Below are positions 1 to 13,119 of a stretch of DNA of 64,000 nt, piece after piece (position 1 is the stretch's first letter; every line of letters starts with the position of its first letter). The stretch comes from Nemertoderma westbladi. Lineage: Eukaryota; Animalia; Xenacoelomorpha. Under the pieces are notes generated by a model. That model saw only the letters and a program-made list of their open reading frames with translations. It searched no databases and was not told the DNA's origin. Made by a program: the position numbers and the translations under genes. The stretch covers positions 1-64,000 of the forward strand of contig JAUCBJ010006746.1 in NCBI GenBank assembly GCA_032718475.1. The letters run 5' to 3'.

Positions 1-769
1 TCATGTAAGTAATCATGTAGGGTCTATCAAATAACATTAGATTCACTTCAAACCACTTTAACATAAGTCACAATCGTTATTGGTAACCTTTCTCTCTTAC
101 CTTCGGTATATCAAGAATATTGGGTTGCGGGGTTATTTATCGTTATTCCAAATATAATAATTCATCAACCATATTATGAAGAACTGACAGTAAATAGCAG
201 TAAACACAACAACTGAACAGTTAGGTAGATCGGTACATCAGCACTGGTATGTCAGCAGTGAGATATTTACAGTGAGATATTCAAGGGTCCGTTAAAGGAT
301 ATATGCCCTTTATAATTAAACCTACTAGTGTACGACTAAAAGCAGTACAGCACAAAATACTTCCAAGCCGTTCTTTCTTTGGCTCAAGACTGAATGTAAA
401 CACTGCACATAGGCATTGCGTCATTTCTCGGAAATTTTCTGTACAAGGAGCCACAAAAACGCTCTAATTGGCTGACTGAACTGAGAGACGCCGTAGAACA
501 AAGGAAATCAACACGTATGAATGTCAGCTGTTAACCGTAGTCATAGTAACTACTGTTCAAGAGTAGCTATCACCCCTTTGCGTCACGAATTGCCATAGAA
601 TCATAAAATATGCCTTTCACAGTACACATACGGAGGAAATAGGTCTTAGATCCTCTAAAAACACCGATACAGCAATAATACGGTCTCTTACACTTATTAA
701 ATCAACTACAGAGTATTTTAATGTAAAAGATAATAAAAATAACGGGGCAATTCAGCAAAGGCTTTTACA
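1..769 (-). repeat. Partial LTR, cut by the window edge; diverged relative of the element-2 LTR family
   Basis: Colinear with 12328-13093 (cattagattcact.caaaccacttta, tctctcttaccttc.gtatatcaagaa, cctctaaaaacacc) and ends in the same GCTTTTACA terminus. Not followed by the CCGCT PPT complement, so it is probably a 5' LTR of an upstream element or a solo LTR. Confidence 0.75.
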
Positions 770-785
770 GTTACAGCAACCCACC

Positions 786-1309
786 TGTTGTGGCGCGTGT
801 AAAACCTCCTTGATTACGTAATATCGGCGATATATTATACAAATAATAAAGACAAATTGAATTTACCAGTAGAATATCCAACAATAATAATTATAATTCA
901 ATAATTAACTCTTTAAGTTTAGACCTTAGGCCTGTAATAACCACCAGTCAATTAAACCTGACCGGGGATCAGTGCCTCTGCATGGGCAGTGCGACTTCTT
1001 CTGTCAAACAATAACAAAAAGAGTAAATCAATCATAGAACAACCGCACTTATATACCAGCTTATCAGCAAGGAGCATAGCCAATAAGCATCACGTATTCC
1101 ATTTGAGGCTTAGTAGGCCTTTACAGTACAAAATAGATCGAATATAGGTGTAATAGCACTAGATGGCGTAAGAACCTTTACTAAAGAATAATTTGTAAGA
1201 AATAATCAATATGACACCGTAACTGGTCCTTTATCAATAAATATACAGTATTTTGGGTAAATTGGTAAAATAAGTAATTTTAAAGGCAGGATTTATAACT
1301 GCAGCAACA
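786..1309 (-). repeat. 3' LTR of element 1 (524 bp, TGTTG...CAACA)
   Basis: Terminal inverted TGTTG/CAACA; about 10 differences by eye from the copy at 9304-9810. Confidence 0.85.
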
Positions 1310-1449
1310 CCGCTTCCATTCATTTAGCTACCAGGGTGTTAAAGTCAAGGCAGAAGTTCAAATTCGTACATAAAATATAATCTAATAAGTAAATAATTCA
1401 GTTATCAATACCAAACTGGAATTATTCAGAGCGTACGTAGTCAATCATA

Positions 1450-1645
1450 TATAAAAATCTCAACTCGTGAACAAAATTGAATCGAGTAGATTAGTGAATG
1501 AATATCTTATAAAAATCTCAACTCGTGAACAAAATTGAATCGAGTAGATTAGTGAATATCTATCACATCTAAATAAGCAAACTATAGTGCTTAAGAGTAT
1601 ATCTAATACATATAAAAAGTCTCAGCTTGTGAACAAATAAGCTAA
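1450..1645. repeat. Short tandem duplication of about 58 bp (2 near-perfect copies plus 1 diverged) in the element-1 3' UTR
   Basis: tataaaaatctcaactcgtgaacaaaattgaatcgagtagattagtgaat at ~1450 and ~1508, with a diverged copy at ~1611. Confidence 0.8.
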
Positions 1646-1754
1646 ATGAATTATTGGGGATACCACTTACTTATTTTACGCATAATATAAAGTAGGAATA
1701 TAAGTCGTATAAAGTAGAATAGCCATAATAAAAAGTAACCGGAAAAAATAACGT

Positions 1755-2721
1755 TTATTTTCGGGTTCTTTTTCTTTCTGGGGGTCGCTTGCGACGTTTC
1801 GGTGGCCGGGAGCCATTATCAGGTACCGGAGGTGGAGAACCTTGCACTTGTAGACCCTCAGTGGCGGAAGGATGAAGTTCCAATGAGTCAGAAGGGGGTG
1901 CGACAGTTCGTACGGTCGATTCACCAGTAGATGTTCCCGGTTGAGGTTCGCTAACCACGATTGATGTGGGAACAGAATAGCGCAATAACTTTACATAGGC
2001 TAACGTGATCGCGCAATCCGCTGTAAATTCGCGGAGTAATCCCACAATCTGATGTATTTCAGAAGGGATATTTCGCCGTCCCTTTGGGTCGAGTCGAAAG
2101 ATATTTGACTTTATTACATGGTCGAGATACTTCTGCAGGGGGCTCGACTTCGGTATCGTCGAGGGGATTAACCAAGGATAGAAAATCTCGGAAAATATAA
2201 AATCGGGATGCTCGGGTTTCGTTACACAATGGGTCACATCGACGAAATCCGGGTGGTCCTGAGTCCCATAGCACGGGAATGGAGAGGACGTCTTTCGAGG
2301 TAATTATCCCGAATTAAATCAGCTCGACCAAGAGGAGTGATACTCCATTTATCAGTATCGTCGCATGTAGGCTCTACGATGTGAGTTTACAACATCGGAG
2401 CATCCACAACAAAATTGGGGTTGGAGATGTCGGTGTCGAGAGGTATCGGTCGGGTTTGACTGTAAGCGACACCGAAAACGCTTTACAGACCCAGACGTGT
2501 GAATACGTGCTTTACTTTGGAACCCTTCCATTAAAATCTGGTCCGCGGGTTGGACCAAAGAAGCTGATTCGCGTTCGTCTTTTAATTGTCCACGCTACGT
2601 CCGCTCTTTGTCCACATGTCCATATGGGGCGACATACTCTGAGAGTGAGTTCGGTAGATTCACCAGTGAGATCAGCCGTCATCGTATCCATCATCTCCGC
2701 ATGCTGTCCCGAGAACCTCAT
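1755..2721 (-). pseudogene. Fragmented accessory 3' ORF of element 1 (env position, unknown function, basic NLS-like C-terminus)
   Basis: GC-richer coding-like block with ORF pieces 2512-2721 and 1755-2237 (...DPKGRRNI...LLREFTADCAITLAYVKLLR...PPKRRKRPPERKRTRK). Aligns by eye with a segment of the element-2 3' ORF. Confidence 0.5.
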
Positions 2722-3423
2722 TTATCGGAAGAGGGTGTTTCAACATATCGAGGTGCGAGTTTGAATATAAGACTGCAACGGGGGTAGGCGGACGTCACCG
2801 CCCCAACCAGACAGCCACACGCCGCAACACAGTCCCTGGTCGATCCCTGAATGGCGAGACTTGAGTTTGCAACTACCAGCGGTACCGAAGCATCGTGGCT
2901 ACTGTATATGCTAAACTCTCATCAATCCAGGGAGACGGGGGACTGGTCCGGAGCCAGATGTGTCTGCTACAATCCTCGCATCAATGAAAGGTTGGAAAAT
3001 TGTATACGCTTCACACGAACTCACACGATATATTTATTATTCACACGTTTTAGCTTAATTTAAAGGTCATTCACGTATTTTAATTGAATTTAAAATCAAA
3101 ATACGGTTCAAAAGACTTATTTAATATTTACCAGAATGTCACTGTTTGTGTATCCAAGATAACAGGTTGAGTTTCTGTATGGCAAACAGTACTAAAAGGT
3201 TGCATCCACAGTTATACGGACACCATTTGTGTTTTCAGAGAAACACGTTGTTTTGGTTTTAATTAATCCGATCATCCGATTATGTCATGATCATATACAA
3301 CATTACAATTAACATAAGTAGGTTTTTTTGCTACAGTACACTTGTAGTCTAATACTAATACCTACCCTGTATTAAATGGCTAATAAATAATTGCATACTC
3401 AATCGGTAACCTTCTACAAGACG

Positions 3424-3574
3424 TTACTCAAGTTTGTATGTTAGACTGCTTGGTCTAACCCTCTGTTGCCCATAGTTACCAGAACGTTCCCTTGTCAGTT
3501 CTAATAAACAAGGGCGGCCGGTTGGTCGATTTAAATAGTGTACCTTAGGCTTGAACGGTGGATGATAGTAGTCA
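3424..3574 (-). pseudogene. C-terminal tip of the element-1 polyprotein (BEL/Pao post-integrase DUF5641-like end)
   Basis: LNRPTGRPCLLELTRERSGNYGQQ matches element-2 LNRPVGRLCLLERDRELSGNYGRQ. It is separated from the rest of the polyprotein by the LINE insertion. Confidence 0.75.
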
Positions 3575-5307
3575 ATTCTTTTCTTTGGAGGTGCCGCTTC
3601 TGACTGCGTCACTGGTCTGCCACAAATTCCTTGACAAGGTATACAACTCCGCAATGTCCGGCCCAGAGCTGCACGAGGGACGACAAAACAGTAACAAAAC
3701 TGTACTCCCAGATATTCCCATTGGTGATATCTCCTTTGCTGAAGTGAAGGCTGCTGCAAAGAGCATTAAGACCAATCGTGCCAGTGGAGTATACGGTGTT
3801 CCCCCTGAGGTCTTTAAATACCTGAGTGTTTAAAGCTCATCTATCCCATCATAGTAGACATGTACCGTACAACAAGAGTCCTACAAGAAATGAAAACAAA
3901 TAAGATGGTGCCAGTTCCCAAGAAGGGCAACCTAACACTCTATGGTTCTTTTCGGGGAATCTCATTGATCTCGATTGCTGCAAAGCTATACAATAGATCT
4001 ATCTATTAAATCGCATCAGGGATCCCATTGAGAGACTACTCCGTGGAAATCAGAATGGGTTCCGTAAAGGTCGTGGGACCATGGAGCCCATTTTGGCACT
4101 TAGAATAATAATTGAAGAGTTATCAAAAAAGAAAGACAGGCATCTGGCTGTTATCTTTGTTGACTTCTTCAAGGCCTTTGATTCAGTCTCCCGCTCACGT
4201 ATGTTCAGCATACTTTCATTATATGGGATTCCTGATGAAATTATTGCAGCAATCAGAGCAGTATACGATGGTTCGACAACATTTGTGTCTACTGTTGATG
4301 GTGACACAGAACCATTTGAAGTGTTATGGGGCCTCCTCCAGGGATAAAACACTTGCAACATTCTTGTTCATAATTGTGGTTGACTATGTTCTACGCATGT
4401 CCTTAGATCATCATAATGATGATGGGGTGATGATAACTCCACCTATTGGCTCCTGAAGTCGAGGAAATCCTGCCAAGTACCTAACTGATCTAGACTTTGC
4501 TGATGACTTAGGAGTACTCTCAGAATCACTAGAGGGAGCCCAACGGCTCCTCAGCTCATTAGAACATGCTGCTTCTAGTGTTGGTCTTTTTATTAACTCC
4601 AGAAAGACCAAAATTTTGACAGTTAACTTTGAAAGCTCTCAGCAAGTCTCTGATCGGATGAGCATAAGCTCAAAGGATGGTATGCTTGAGCATGTGGACA
4701 ACTTCTGTTACCTGGGATCATGGATCCGGAAGTCAGGTGAGGACCTTCGAATACGTAAGGGAAAGGCATGGGCAGCCTTGAATAGGCTTTCCAGGATTTG
4801 GAAGTCACCGAGAATTAATCGGAAACGTAAGGTCCGATTATTTAGAGCAGCAGTAGTTCCAGTACTCCTCTATGGGAGTCCATGCTGGGCTCTTACTGCT
4901 GAAGACACCAAATCTCTGGATGGCACATTCACAAGAATGCTACGCCGGGTTCATTGTGTCAAGTACAATGCACACATCTCCAACCAGACACTATATAACA
5001 TTGGAGGTGTCTCATTGGTTCCCCCAAGCTTGACACTAGAACAAAATCGCCTCCGCTTTGCAGGACATTGCTTTCGCCGTGAGGACCAGCCAGTGCATAA
5101 TCTTGTACTTTGGCAGCCTCATGGAGTGAATAAGCATGGTGGACAGCCCATGACTTTCTTGAGACGCATCTTAAAGGACACTGGCCTTGAAGATGCGGAT
5201 GATCTAGCAAATGTCATGGGTGATAGGGAGTTGTGGCGGCGCAATTTTGTCGACAAGCTGGCACAGCATTCTTAAAAATGCAGCTGCAATGCAACATGCC
5301 GATACTA
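3575..5307 (+). mobile_element. 5'-truncated non-LTR retrotransposon (RTE-like clade), RT pseudogene
   Basis: RT motifs across frameshifts: VPVPKKGNL, FRGISLISIAAKLYN, QNGFRKGR, FVDFFKAFDSV, GLLQG, LDFADD, FCYLGS, LLYGSPCW, RLRFAGHCFR. A 10-bp TSD ATAGTAGTCA lies at 3565-3574 and 5308-5317. Confidence 0.9.
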
Positions 5308-5317
5308 ATAGTAGTCA

Positions 5318-6285
5318 TAGTACCTGAGAATTTATCCGACAATGAAGTCAAAGGATCGACGCTGAGTTGATGATATTCCTCAGGTCTGTCACGTTTCTGT
5401 GAAAGTCGTAACAGTTGTAAATTAGATTTATCGACTTCAATGGGTGACAAGCCTACTACAGGTATATTATTAGTACTATATCTGTAGTGGAATAGTTGTT
5501 TCAGAATAGATATAGCCCTACATAATTTATCCCATGAGCTATAATGGTTCATGGCGCTGGCTAACAGTGGGGATAGACCTACTTTAGTGTTAGGTAAGTC
5601 TGATTGACTTTGAAATAATTGGGGGGTGTCAGGGACAGCTTCAGTCCGGGAGTGAATACTCAAAGGTGGGTCTGAGTTTGTGCTGTCCGATTTTTTTTAC
5701 ATAATTATTGGGTTCTCCATATTCGTCTGTATTAAGTGGGGATGTCGGTTGATTGTTGTCGCTGGGTTTACTGGATTCACCGCAAAATTTTGAAAACTTT
5801 GTTCCAAAATCGGGTCCTCCCACCGTAAATTCCTCCGCTTCCACAATATAACCGGGTTTAGGAGAATGGATGTAATTGGTCGATATGTTTTCTGAATGAA
5901 TGTGATTGGTTGATATATTCTCACTAGATATTATTTCGTTCAAAGTCTTTATCGATGGGCCAGTGCAGAACCAACCGATCCTGGTTCTACCAGCGTATGT
6001 GGTTAAAGGCAGATTGTTGTCCCAGTTATACACAGGTGCTTGACAATCGGTAAAGTTCTTAATCGCAACCACCTTGATGTTGTTTAATTTACATATTTCA
6101 TTTATATCACCGGGGTCAGATAAATCAATTTTGTAATAACGAGTTTGTATAACTGATTGCCAGGTTTGCATTATGCCGGATAGATTTAATTTCATTGGAT
6201 GTCCGTCTGCCTTGTTAAATAACTCCTCTGCAAGGTCTTGATCAATGAAGGATCCAGAACTTCATGTATCCATCAGGGCATTTAC
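5318..6285 (-). pseudogene. Element-1 aspartic protease and pol remnant (disrupted)
   Basis: VNALMDT*SSGSFID (the DTG motif carries a stop at ~6262), YAGRTRIGWFCTGP, GGPDF, YSSWDKLCRAISILK; colinear with 16167-17393. Confidence 0.8.
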
Positions 6286-9200
6286 GATGACGCTACGGTT
6301 GTTGCAGTGTAGTCGAACTTGCAAAACGGCTTTAACACCGAGCGATTTTGGGTCTCAGAGGTCTTTAATGATATGTCTCGGTTAATTGGCTGTTCTGGGC
6401 GTAATGGTGGCTCATACGTTATGGCTGTACAGACCACTACATTATTGCAACTTTCCTCATCCATATAGAACTCGTCCATATAGAACTCCTGCTCGGTACT
6501 TCCCCTCATGTCATAAGGGGCATAATCGGTGAATTGAATCTTTATTTCCACACGGGGATCTATATCCTTCTGATGCAATAGGTAGTGATGTTTTCCATTA
6601 TACTTAACACATTTGTAGGTGTCGTGTCCCGTAAATACACTTGCTTCTATTGTGTCCGGCGCACAAGCACAGGAAACATACATTTAAAGCGGTTACAGTT
6701 TCTCTCCGTTTCTCCAAAGACATTCGAATAAAGTCTGGACAGTGCGGGAGCCTATGGGACTCTTTACTACATAATAAACAGCCGGTGTTATAGGTCGCTG
6801 ATTTAATTATCGGTTTTAGTTGTTTCAGTCCTTTACGCTGTTGGTCGCTGCATTTCTGGCTATCCGAGGTATTATAGGAGTTTTCACTTCCTTCGGATTC
6901 CTCCTCACAGGTTGACAGATCAGTTTGATAAACTTGCTCCCGACACCTAGTTGGGATTGTTTTGTCGGATTTCGAATCTAGGTAACGCTCGCGCCGCTGG
7001 GTAATCATCAGCAATGAGGATTCATAATCTAGGTATTCCAGGAATTCCTTCATGCCTAAAGCTGGCTTGTTGCGGAGTTGAGCATTCAGTACGTTGCGGT
7101 CCCATCGTATAGATATACTACCCTTAGGTAGGGCTGCGGAAATCATACCAACTACAACCGGGGTGTCATAATATTCGTGTTTATCCAACCAATCTAGTTG
7201 TCTACAGATTTTTTTAATCTCGTCAATGAATTCAATCATTTCTGTAGTTATCACATGTTTACAATTAACCAACTTTCGATATAGATATTGAGCTATAGAC
7301 GCTTCGTCTCCGTATCTTGCGTGTAACAGTTTCCATAATTTTTCCAATCCTTGTGGGTGTCCGATATATCTTTGCGCTAATTTCTTTGGATAACCTTCTA
7401 AGCAATCGATGAGGAAGCGTAGTTTCTCACTATTTGGTAATGGAGAACTAAATATACTATCCTTTACATATTCTCTAAATGGAAGCCATTTTAACTCATT
7501 TCCATCAAATTTAATAATTTCACCAACCTTAACAACTTGACGCGCTTCAGTACGTGCTAATTGGCGGGTGAAACTATCTTGAGCTATAGTACTATTAAAC
7601 ATTGAGTTAAAAGTTTTGAAAGTTTAAAAACATTGAGTTATCACAGAGGTCTACATTAGACTGGGGGGGGGTCACATTATTATTATTTTGTGTGTCATTT
7701 TGTGCCCCTGTGCCATATTCAGAGCCTTTAACTTTGAGATAGGGAGGCGTGATATATTTTCAGCTTCGACGCCTTTTATATTTGAGGCTTTCTTTAAGAT
7801 TTGATATTCAGGGGAGTCTGGGTTCCTGAATACTGTGGCCTTGTTAGAGGCCAGGAGGTCCTGAGAATTAGCCAGCTTTTGGTGTAGCTTCTCTAGAACC
7901 TTGGCGGCTTGCGCAGATTCACTTCGTAATTCTTGTAGCTGTCGATGCTGTATGATCTGGGATTGCTCGTTGTTGACAGCTTCGTCGTGCAACTGCTTTA
8001 AATGCTGTTGTAATTGTTGCCGTTGCTGTTGTTGTCTTTCTAATGCTTGCCGTTGTTGCTGGTTTTGTTCACTCACTATTTCCCTTTGACTACTTAGTCG
8101 ATTTAATTCAAAATCGATATTATTTAATTGTTTCATTTTATTATTTACAGCCTTCTGCATGGCTTGCAGGTTTAATGAGGACTCGTTTAATCTTTCCCTG
8201 TAAAGGGAGTCCTCACTCGCCCGGGCAACCTTCCCCTTTGCCCCCGTGGGCCCCATATCCCTCACCGACTCAACCGAGCCGATGGACACGGCCGGCCATA
8301 AGGAGGCAAGGTGTCCATCACGAGAATCGGTGATGGGGGACAAGCTAGGGCCCAGAGTTTGGATGTTATGTGGGTGGGCGAAGGCAGTGCTGGCAGTGCA
8401 GACATTCTGTCTGCCAGCAAGGAGGTTGGTTGCACCTGTTTGGGTCGAACAGTGGGCATAACTATTCTGTCCCTATATACTGTAGAAATTTTAAGTTGCT
8501 GTCTGTCTGATTACTATCTACAGTGGTGGTCGTAATACCAAAGGGTGTCAAATTGGTTTGGGTTACATTAGCCGCTGATGTTATATTCGGCTTGGAAGGA
8601 TTTATTAATATGCCAGTGCGGGGAACCAGGTTTGGCGCCGCTAAAGGTGTATTAATAGGTTGGAAAAAGTCAGAGTCAGAGTCGGTTGTGGGTCCAAGGG
8701 AATTTTTAATGGGGTTAGCGGGATGTTGCAGTGGCAGTTCTGGCAGGCGGTGGCGTTCAGCTCGTTCCAAGCGTCTTCCACTTCTGGAAGTCCGAGATTT
8801 ATCTGATGATTTGTCAAACTCGTCGTAAGATGTATAGCAGTCCAATTGTCCTATTTATCTTTGGCTGAGTGTCTGATTGTTGTTTTTCTATTGATTCGAT
8901 TTCCTTTAATATGATTTCTCGTTCCCTTTCAGTTTGTCTTCTTTTCTGTTCCGCTAAAAACTGATTCTCGCGCCTTTGTTCCTCCGCTTCCAGTTTGCGT
9001 TTTCTTTTCTCATCCTCATACTCAAGCCGTAATCGTTCATCTTCTATCTGATTGTCTAATTGTTTTAGTTTATTTTGTTTTGCCTCCTTGATCCGATCCA
9101 TATTCGCCTTTCGTTGGCTTTCTAAATCCATTTCTTGGTCGATATCCTTTAGAATCTTCTTGGTGGTGGGACTAGTCGGGAGATGCGAATAGCGTCTTCT

Positions 9201-9290
9201 TGTGCTTTTTGATTTTCGGGTTCAGTTTGGGTGTACCCTTCAACGTCACAGACACCAATTATGGACGGATGGTCGACTGTCTGACTAAGG
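6282..9290 (-). pseudogene. gag: Element-1 BEL/Pao gag, frameshifted and N-terminally deleted
   Basis: Coiled-coil pieces (8814-9131, 7672-8343), DUF1759-like IIKFDGNELKWLPF...EKLRFLIDCLEG, and Cys/His knuckles CLLCSKESHRLPHC, CFLCLCAGHNRSKC, C..YNGKHHYLLH. Confidence 0.88.
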
Positions 9291-9303
9291 GAACTGTCTG
9301 AAG

Positions 9304-9810
9304 AAACCTCCTTGATTACGTAATATCGGCGATATATTATAGAAATAATAAAGACAAATTGAATTTACCAGTAGAATATCCAACAATAATAATTATAATT
9401 CAATTTTTAACTCTTTAAGTTTAGACCTTAGGCCTGCAATAACCACCAGTCAATTAAACCTGACCGGGGATCAGTGCCTCTGCATGGGCAGTGTGACTTC
9501 TTCTGTCAAACAATAACAAAAAGAGTAAATCAATCATAGAACAACCGCACTTATATACCAGCTTATCAGCAAGGAGCATAGCCAATAAGCATCACGTATT
9601 CCATATGAGGCTTAGTAGGCCTTACAGTACAAATTAGATCGAATATAGGTATAATAGCACTAGATGGCGTAAGAACCTTTACTAAAGAATAATTTGTAAG
9701 AAATAATCAATATGACACCGTAACTGGTCCTTTATCAATAAATATACAGTGTTTTGGGTAAATTGGTAAAATAAGTAATTTTAAAGGCAGGATTTATAAC
9801 TGCAGCAACA
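9304..9810 (-). repeat. 5' LTR of element 1, inner end deleted
   Basis: Copy of 802-1309 ending in GCAGCAACA. It lacks about 16 inner bases and joins directly to gag-homologous sequence. Confidence 0.85.
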
Positions 9811-9900
9811 GTTTGCTGTTTGTTAATTACTGAATGGGACGATGGATGCGATGAATAAACAGCAACAAACCATCCGCCGCAAGCAAAAAAAACGATAAGA

Positions 9901-11080
9901 TCTGTGCTGGTATTGCTCGATTTTGTGTCGCCCTGTGCTGGTATTGCTCGATTTGTGTTGCTCTGTTCTGTTATTGCTCGATTCTGTGTCGCTCTGTGCT
10001 GGTATTGCTCGATTTTGTGTCGCTCTGTGCTGGTATTGCTCTATTTTGTGTCGCTCTGTGCTGGTATTGCTCGATTTTGTGTCGCTCTGTGCTGGTATTG
10101 CTCTATTTTGTGTCGCTCTGTGCTGGTATTGCTCGATTTTGTGTCGCTCTGTGCTGGTATTGCTCGATTTTGTGTCGCCCTGTGCTGGTATTGCTCGATT
10201 TGTGTTGCTCTGTTCTGTTATTGCTCGATTATGTGTCGCTCTGTGCTGGTATTGCTCGATTTTGTGTCGCTCTATGCTGGTATTGCTCTATTTTGTGTCG
10301 CTCTGTGCTGGTATTGCTCGATTTTGTGACGCTCTGTGCTGTTATTGCTTGATTTTGTGTCGCTCTGTGCTGGTATTGCTCGATTTTCTGTCGCTCTTTG
10401 CTGGTATTGCTCGATTTTGTGTCGCTCTGCGCTGGTATTGCTCGATTTTGTATCGCTCTGTGCTGTTATTGCTCGATTTTGTATCGCTCTGTGCTGTTAT
10501 TGCTCGATTCTGTGTCGCTCTGTGCTGGTATTGCTCGATTTTGTGTCGCTCTGTGCTGGTATTGCTCGAGTTCGCGTCGCTCTGTGCTGGTATTGCTCGA
10601 TTCTGTGTCACTCTGTTCGGTTATTGCTCGATTTTGTGTCGCTCTGTGCTGTTATTGCTCGATTCTGTGTCGCTCTGTTCGGTTATTGCTCGATTTTGTG
10701 TTGCTCTGTGCTGTTATTGCTCGATTCTGTGTCGCTCTGTTCTGTTATTGCTCGATTTTGTGTCGCTCTGTGCTGGTATTGCTCGATTTTGTGTCGCTCT
10801 GTGCTGGTATTGCTCGATTTTGTGTCGCTCTGTGCTGTTATTGCTCGATTCTGTGTCGCTCTGTGCTTGTATTGCTCGATTTTCTGTCGCTCTTTGCTGG
10901 TATTGCTCGATTTTGTGTCGCTCTGCGCTGGTATTGCTCGAGTTCGCGTCGCTCTGTGCTGGTATTGCTCGATTCTGTGTCACTCTGTTTGGTTATTGCT
11001 CGATTTTGTGTCGCTCTGTGCTGTTATTGCTCGATTCTGTGTAGCTCTGTGCTGTTATTGCTCGATATTGTGCTCGATTT
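9901..11080. repeat. 31-bp minisatellite, about 38 copies (GCTCTGTGCTGGTATTGCTCGATTTTGTGTC)
   Basis: Directly visible tandem period of 31 (e.g. 9991 to 10022). Confidence 0.97.
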
Positions 11081-11866
11081 TGGTTTAGCTATTTAGGTTG
11101 GTTTAACAGTAGTAGGATTTTGTTGGACCAATGATATAGACATTGTGTCCTTCCTATTTTTTTGTCATCATTCAGTTATTAATCTTCACTTAATCGTTCT
11201 TACAGTTTTTGTCATTGTCACTTCTTTTAATTGCAAATGCTGATTTCTGCTGTTATGCTTGCTTGATTAATGACTTTAAACAATGATTACTGCTTAGACT
11301 GATTCTTGATTTCTTTAATCTTTGCAATGTAGCAAATCCTTACAAAGATTTTCCCTTTTGACAATCACACTGTTTGTTAATGCATGCGCTGATACGGTAA
11401 TTGTTCACTTTAGCATGCCGGGCTAAGGGTACCGGTAGGCGTCGTGGGCGCACTGTGGAAGCTACGGAAGGAGGAGTGGAGGATCCAATGTGGGGCAACG
11501 CTGGCGGGGACCAGTAGTTGTGGTCGGGCTAATCAGTTAGGGGACCGGGGACCGGTCGTGTCATTGCAGCATTCGGGGGCTGACGATCCAGATTTCGTCT
11601 CGGCCTTGCAGTACTGCGGTAACATAGTGGGATTTAGCTAGGAAGGCCGCATGTAGCTTGGGTGGTCTTGACCTTTTACACTAGCGCTACTAGCGCTGTC
11701 AATAGCGCTACCAGCTCTGCCACTAACGCTATTTTATGTTGTGTTGTTTAAGGAGTGCCTGATGTTTGATTGTAATGTTTAGCTAGGCGCTATTCCTATT
11801 GATTGTTTTCTATTTCTAAACTTATGCTTATTAATTGCTGTTAGGTCAAAATAATACAGTATTTAT

Positions 11867-13093
11867 TGTTCGCGCTTTCAGACCTTTAGCAGTTTAACCT
11901 GCCAAATTGGGATGTCTTCTAGATAATAAATCGACTTTAGCCTATGACGAGTATTTGATACACTACATTAGCCGAAGCCAGTCTATGCGCGACCATTCAC
12001 CCGCTGGATATACCCGGGAGACTGGATTCGGAAGCTTAATCTTATTGCGGTGTAGGCCTACTGTATTATTCGACTGATCGTAATATATAATCTCTGACAA
12101 ATATTATTCACTTTCGGGAAATATTAACAGTTCCTTTAGGACGTGGCGCTCTAAATATGTAAACAGAGTTATGACTTAAACTAGACACAATGGGATGGCT
12201 ATAGATTCACGTATATGGCGCATTCTTTAGGAGATGCTTTGTTATCAGTCACAATCATACACACTACTGCACAATACTGCACACCGATCTGCCGACCTTC
12301 ACTAATTTTAGTCACATCTCAGTCTCACTCATGTAGTGCCTATGAAATAGCATTAGATTCACTCCAAAACCACTTTAATGTAAGTCGCAATTGGTATATG
12401 TAACCGGTCTCTCTTACCTTCAGTATATCAAGAAGATTGAGGGTTTTATAATTATTTATCGATATTCCAAATATAATAATATTCCATCAACTGATATAAT
12501 GAATAACCGACAGTAAATAGCAGTAAAAATGCGGTGTTTGTAGTTGACAATATGATTAGGTGAGTGAGTAAGTAAGATAACAGATATACGTTCTATAATT
12601 AAGCCTACTAATGTTGGGCTAAAGTCTGAAAAACACAGAGATTCCAAAGCCGGTCTTCTAGGCTCGGGAAAACCAACACAACTGATCCCTCTGGGCTGTT
12701 GTAGGTATCTTTCAACACAAAGAGAAACAGCTCTCATTGGCCGAGTTCCAGATTCTGTAGGTTCCACGAATGTCTAAATGCCGAACTATTCGGGTTTTTG
12801 CAGCCCATATTCAACACAAGGCGAAATCACTCTGATTGGTGGATCATTGTTCTGATTGGTTGATCGAACAGAACAAAGAGCCTATAGGCGTACAGCAAAT
12901 CGGTTGGTAGATTGCGTCATTTGAGTTAGGTAGTTTAGAGTATTTGAGCGCATTGTGGGAAAACTGGCTTTTTATGTCCGCTAAAGCACACATGCAGACA
13001 CAGCGGGTAAATCGCTAGTTATGTCCTCTAAAAACACCTTACACAGTACATTGCGGAGAAAAGGGCCAGTTATATCCCGCAAAAGCTTTTACA
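11867..13093 (-). repeat. 3' LTR of element 2 (1227 bp)
   Basis: About 7 differences by eye from 28416-29651, including one 9-bp versus 19-bp replacement. Confidence 0.95.
12730..12920 (-). promoter_or_regulatory. Putative U3 promoter elements: clustered CCAAT boxes and a CRE-like TGACGCAA
   Basis: ATTGG at 12736, 12835 and 12855; TTGCGTCA at ~12912. The same motif types occur in the diverged LTR at 416-585. Confidence 0.4.
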
Positions 13094-13119
13094 CCGCTCC
13101 CAGAAAATGGGATTTAATT

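Larger units (their letters stand above)
786..9810 (-). mobile_element. Degenerate non-autonomous BEL/Pao-type LTR retrotransposon (element 1)
   Basis: Direct repeats at 786-1309 and ~9304-9810. The PPT-like GAATGGAAGCGG lies just before the 3' LTR on the minus strand. Gag, protease and pol-remnant fragments are all on minus. No TSD recognisable. Confidence 0.85.

Noticed and set aside
9904-11096. Cys/Leu-rich protein genes (ORFs up to 373 aa)
   Set aside because: Artefacts of the stop-free 31-bp minisatellite; all frames give the same repeating peptide.
12456-12767. 103-aa ORF duplicated at 29015-29326
   Set aside because: It lies inside the LTRs, has a non-ATG start and no recognisable motifs; LTR identity explains the duplication.
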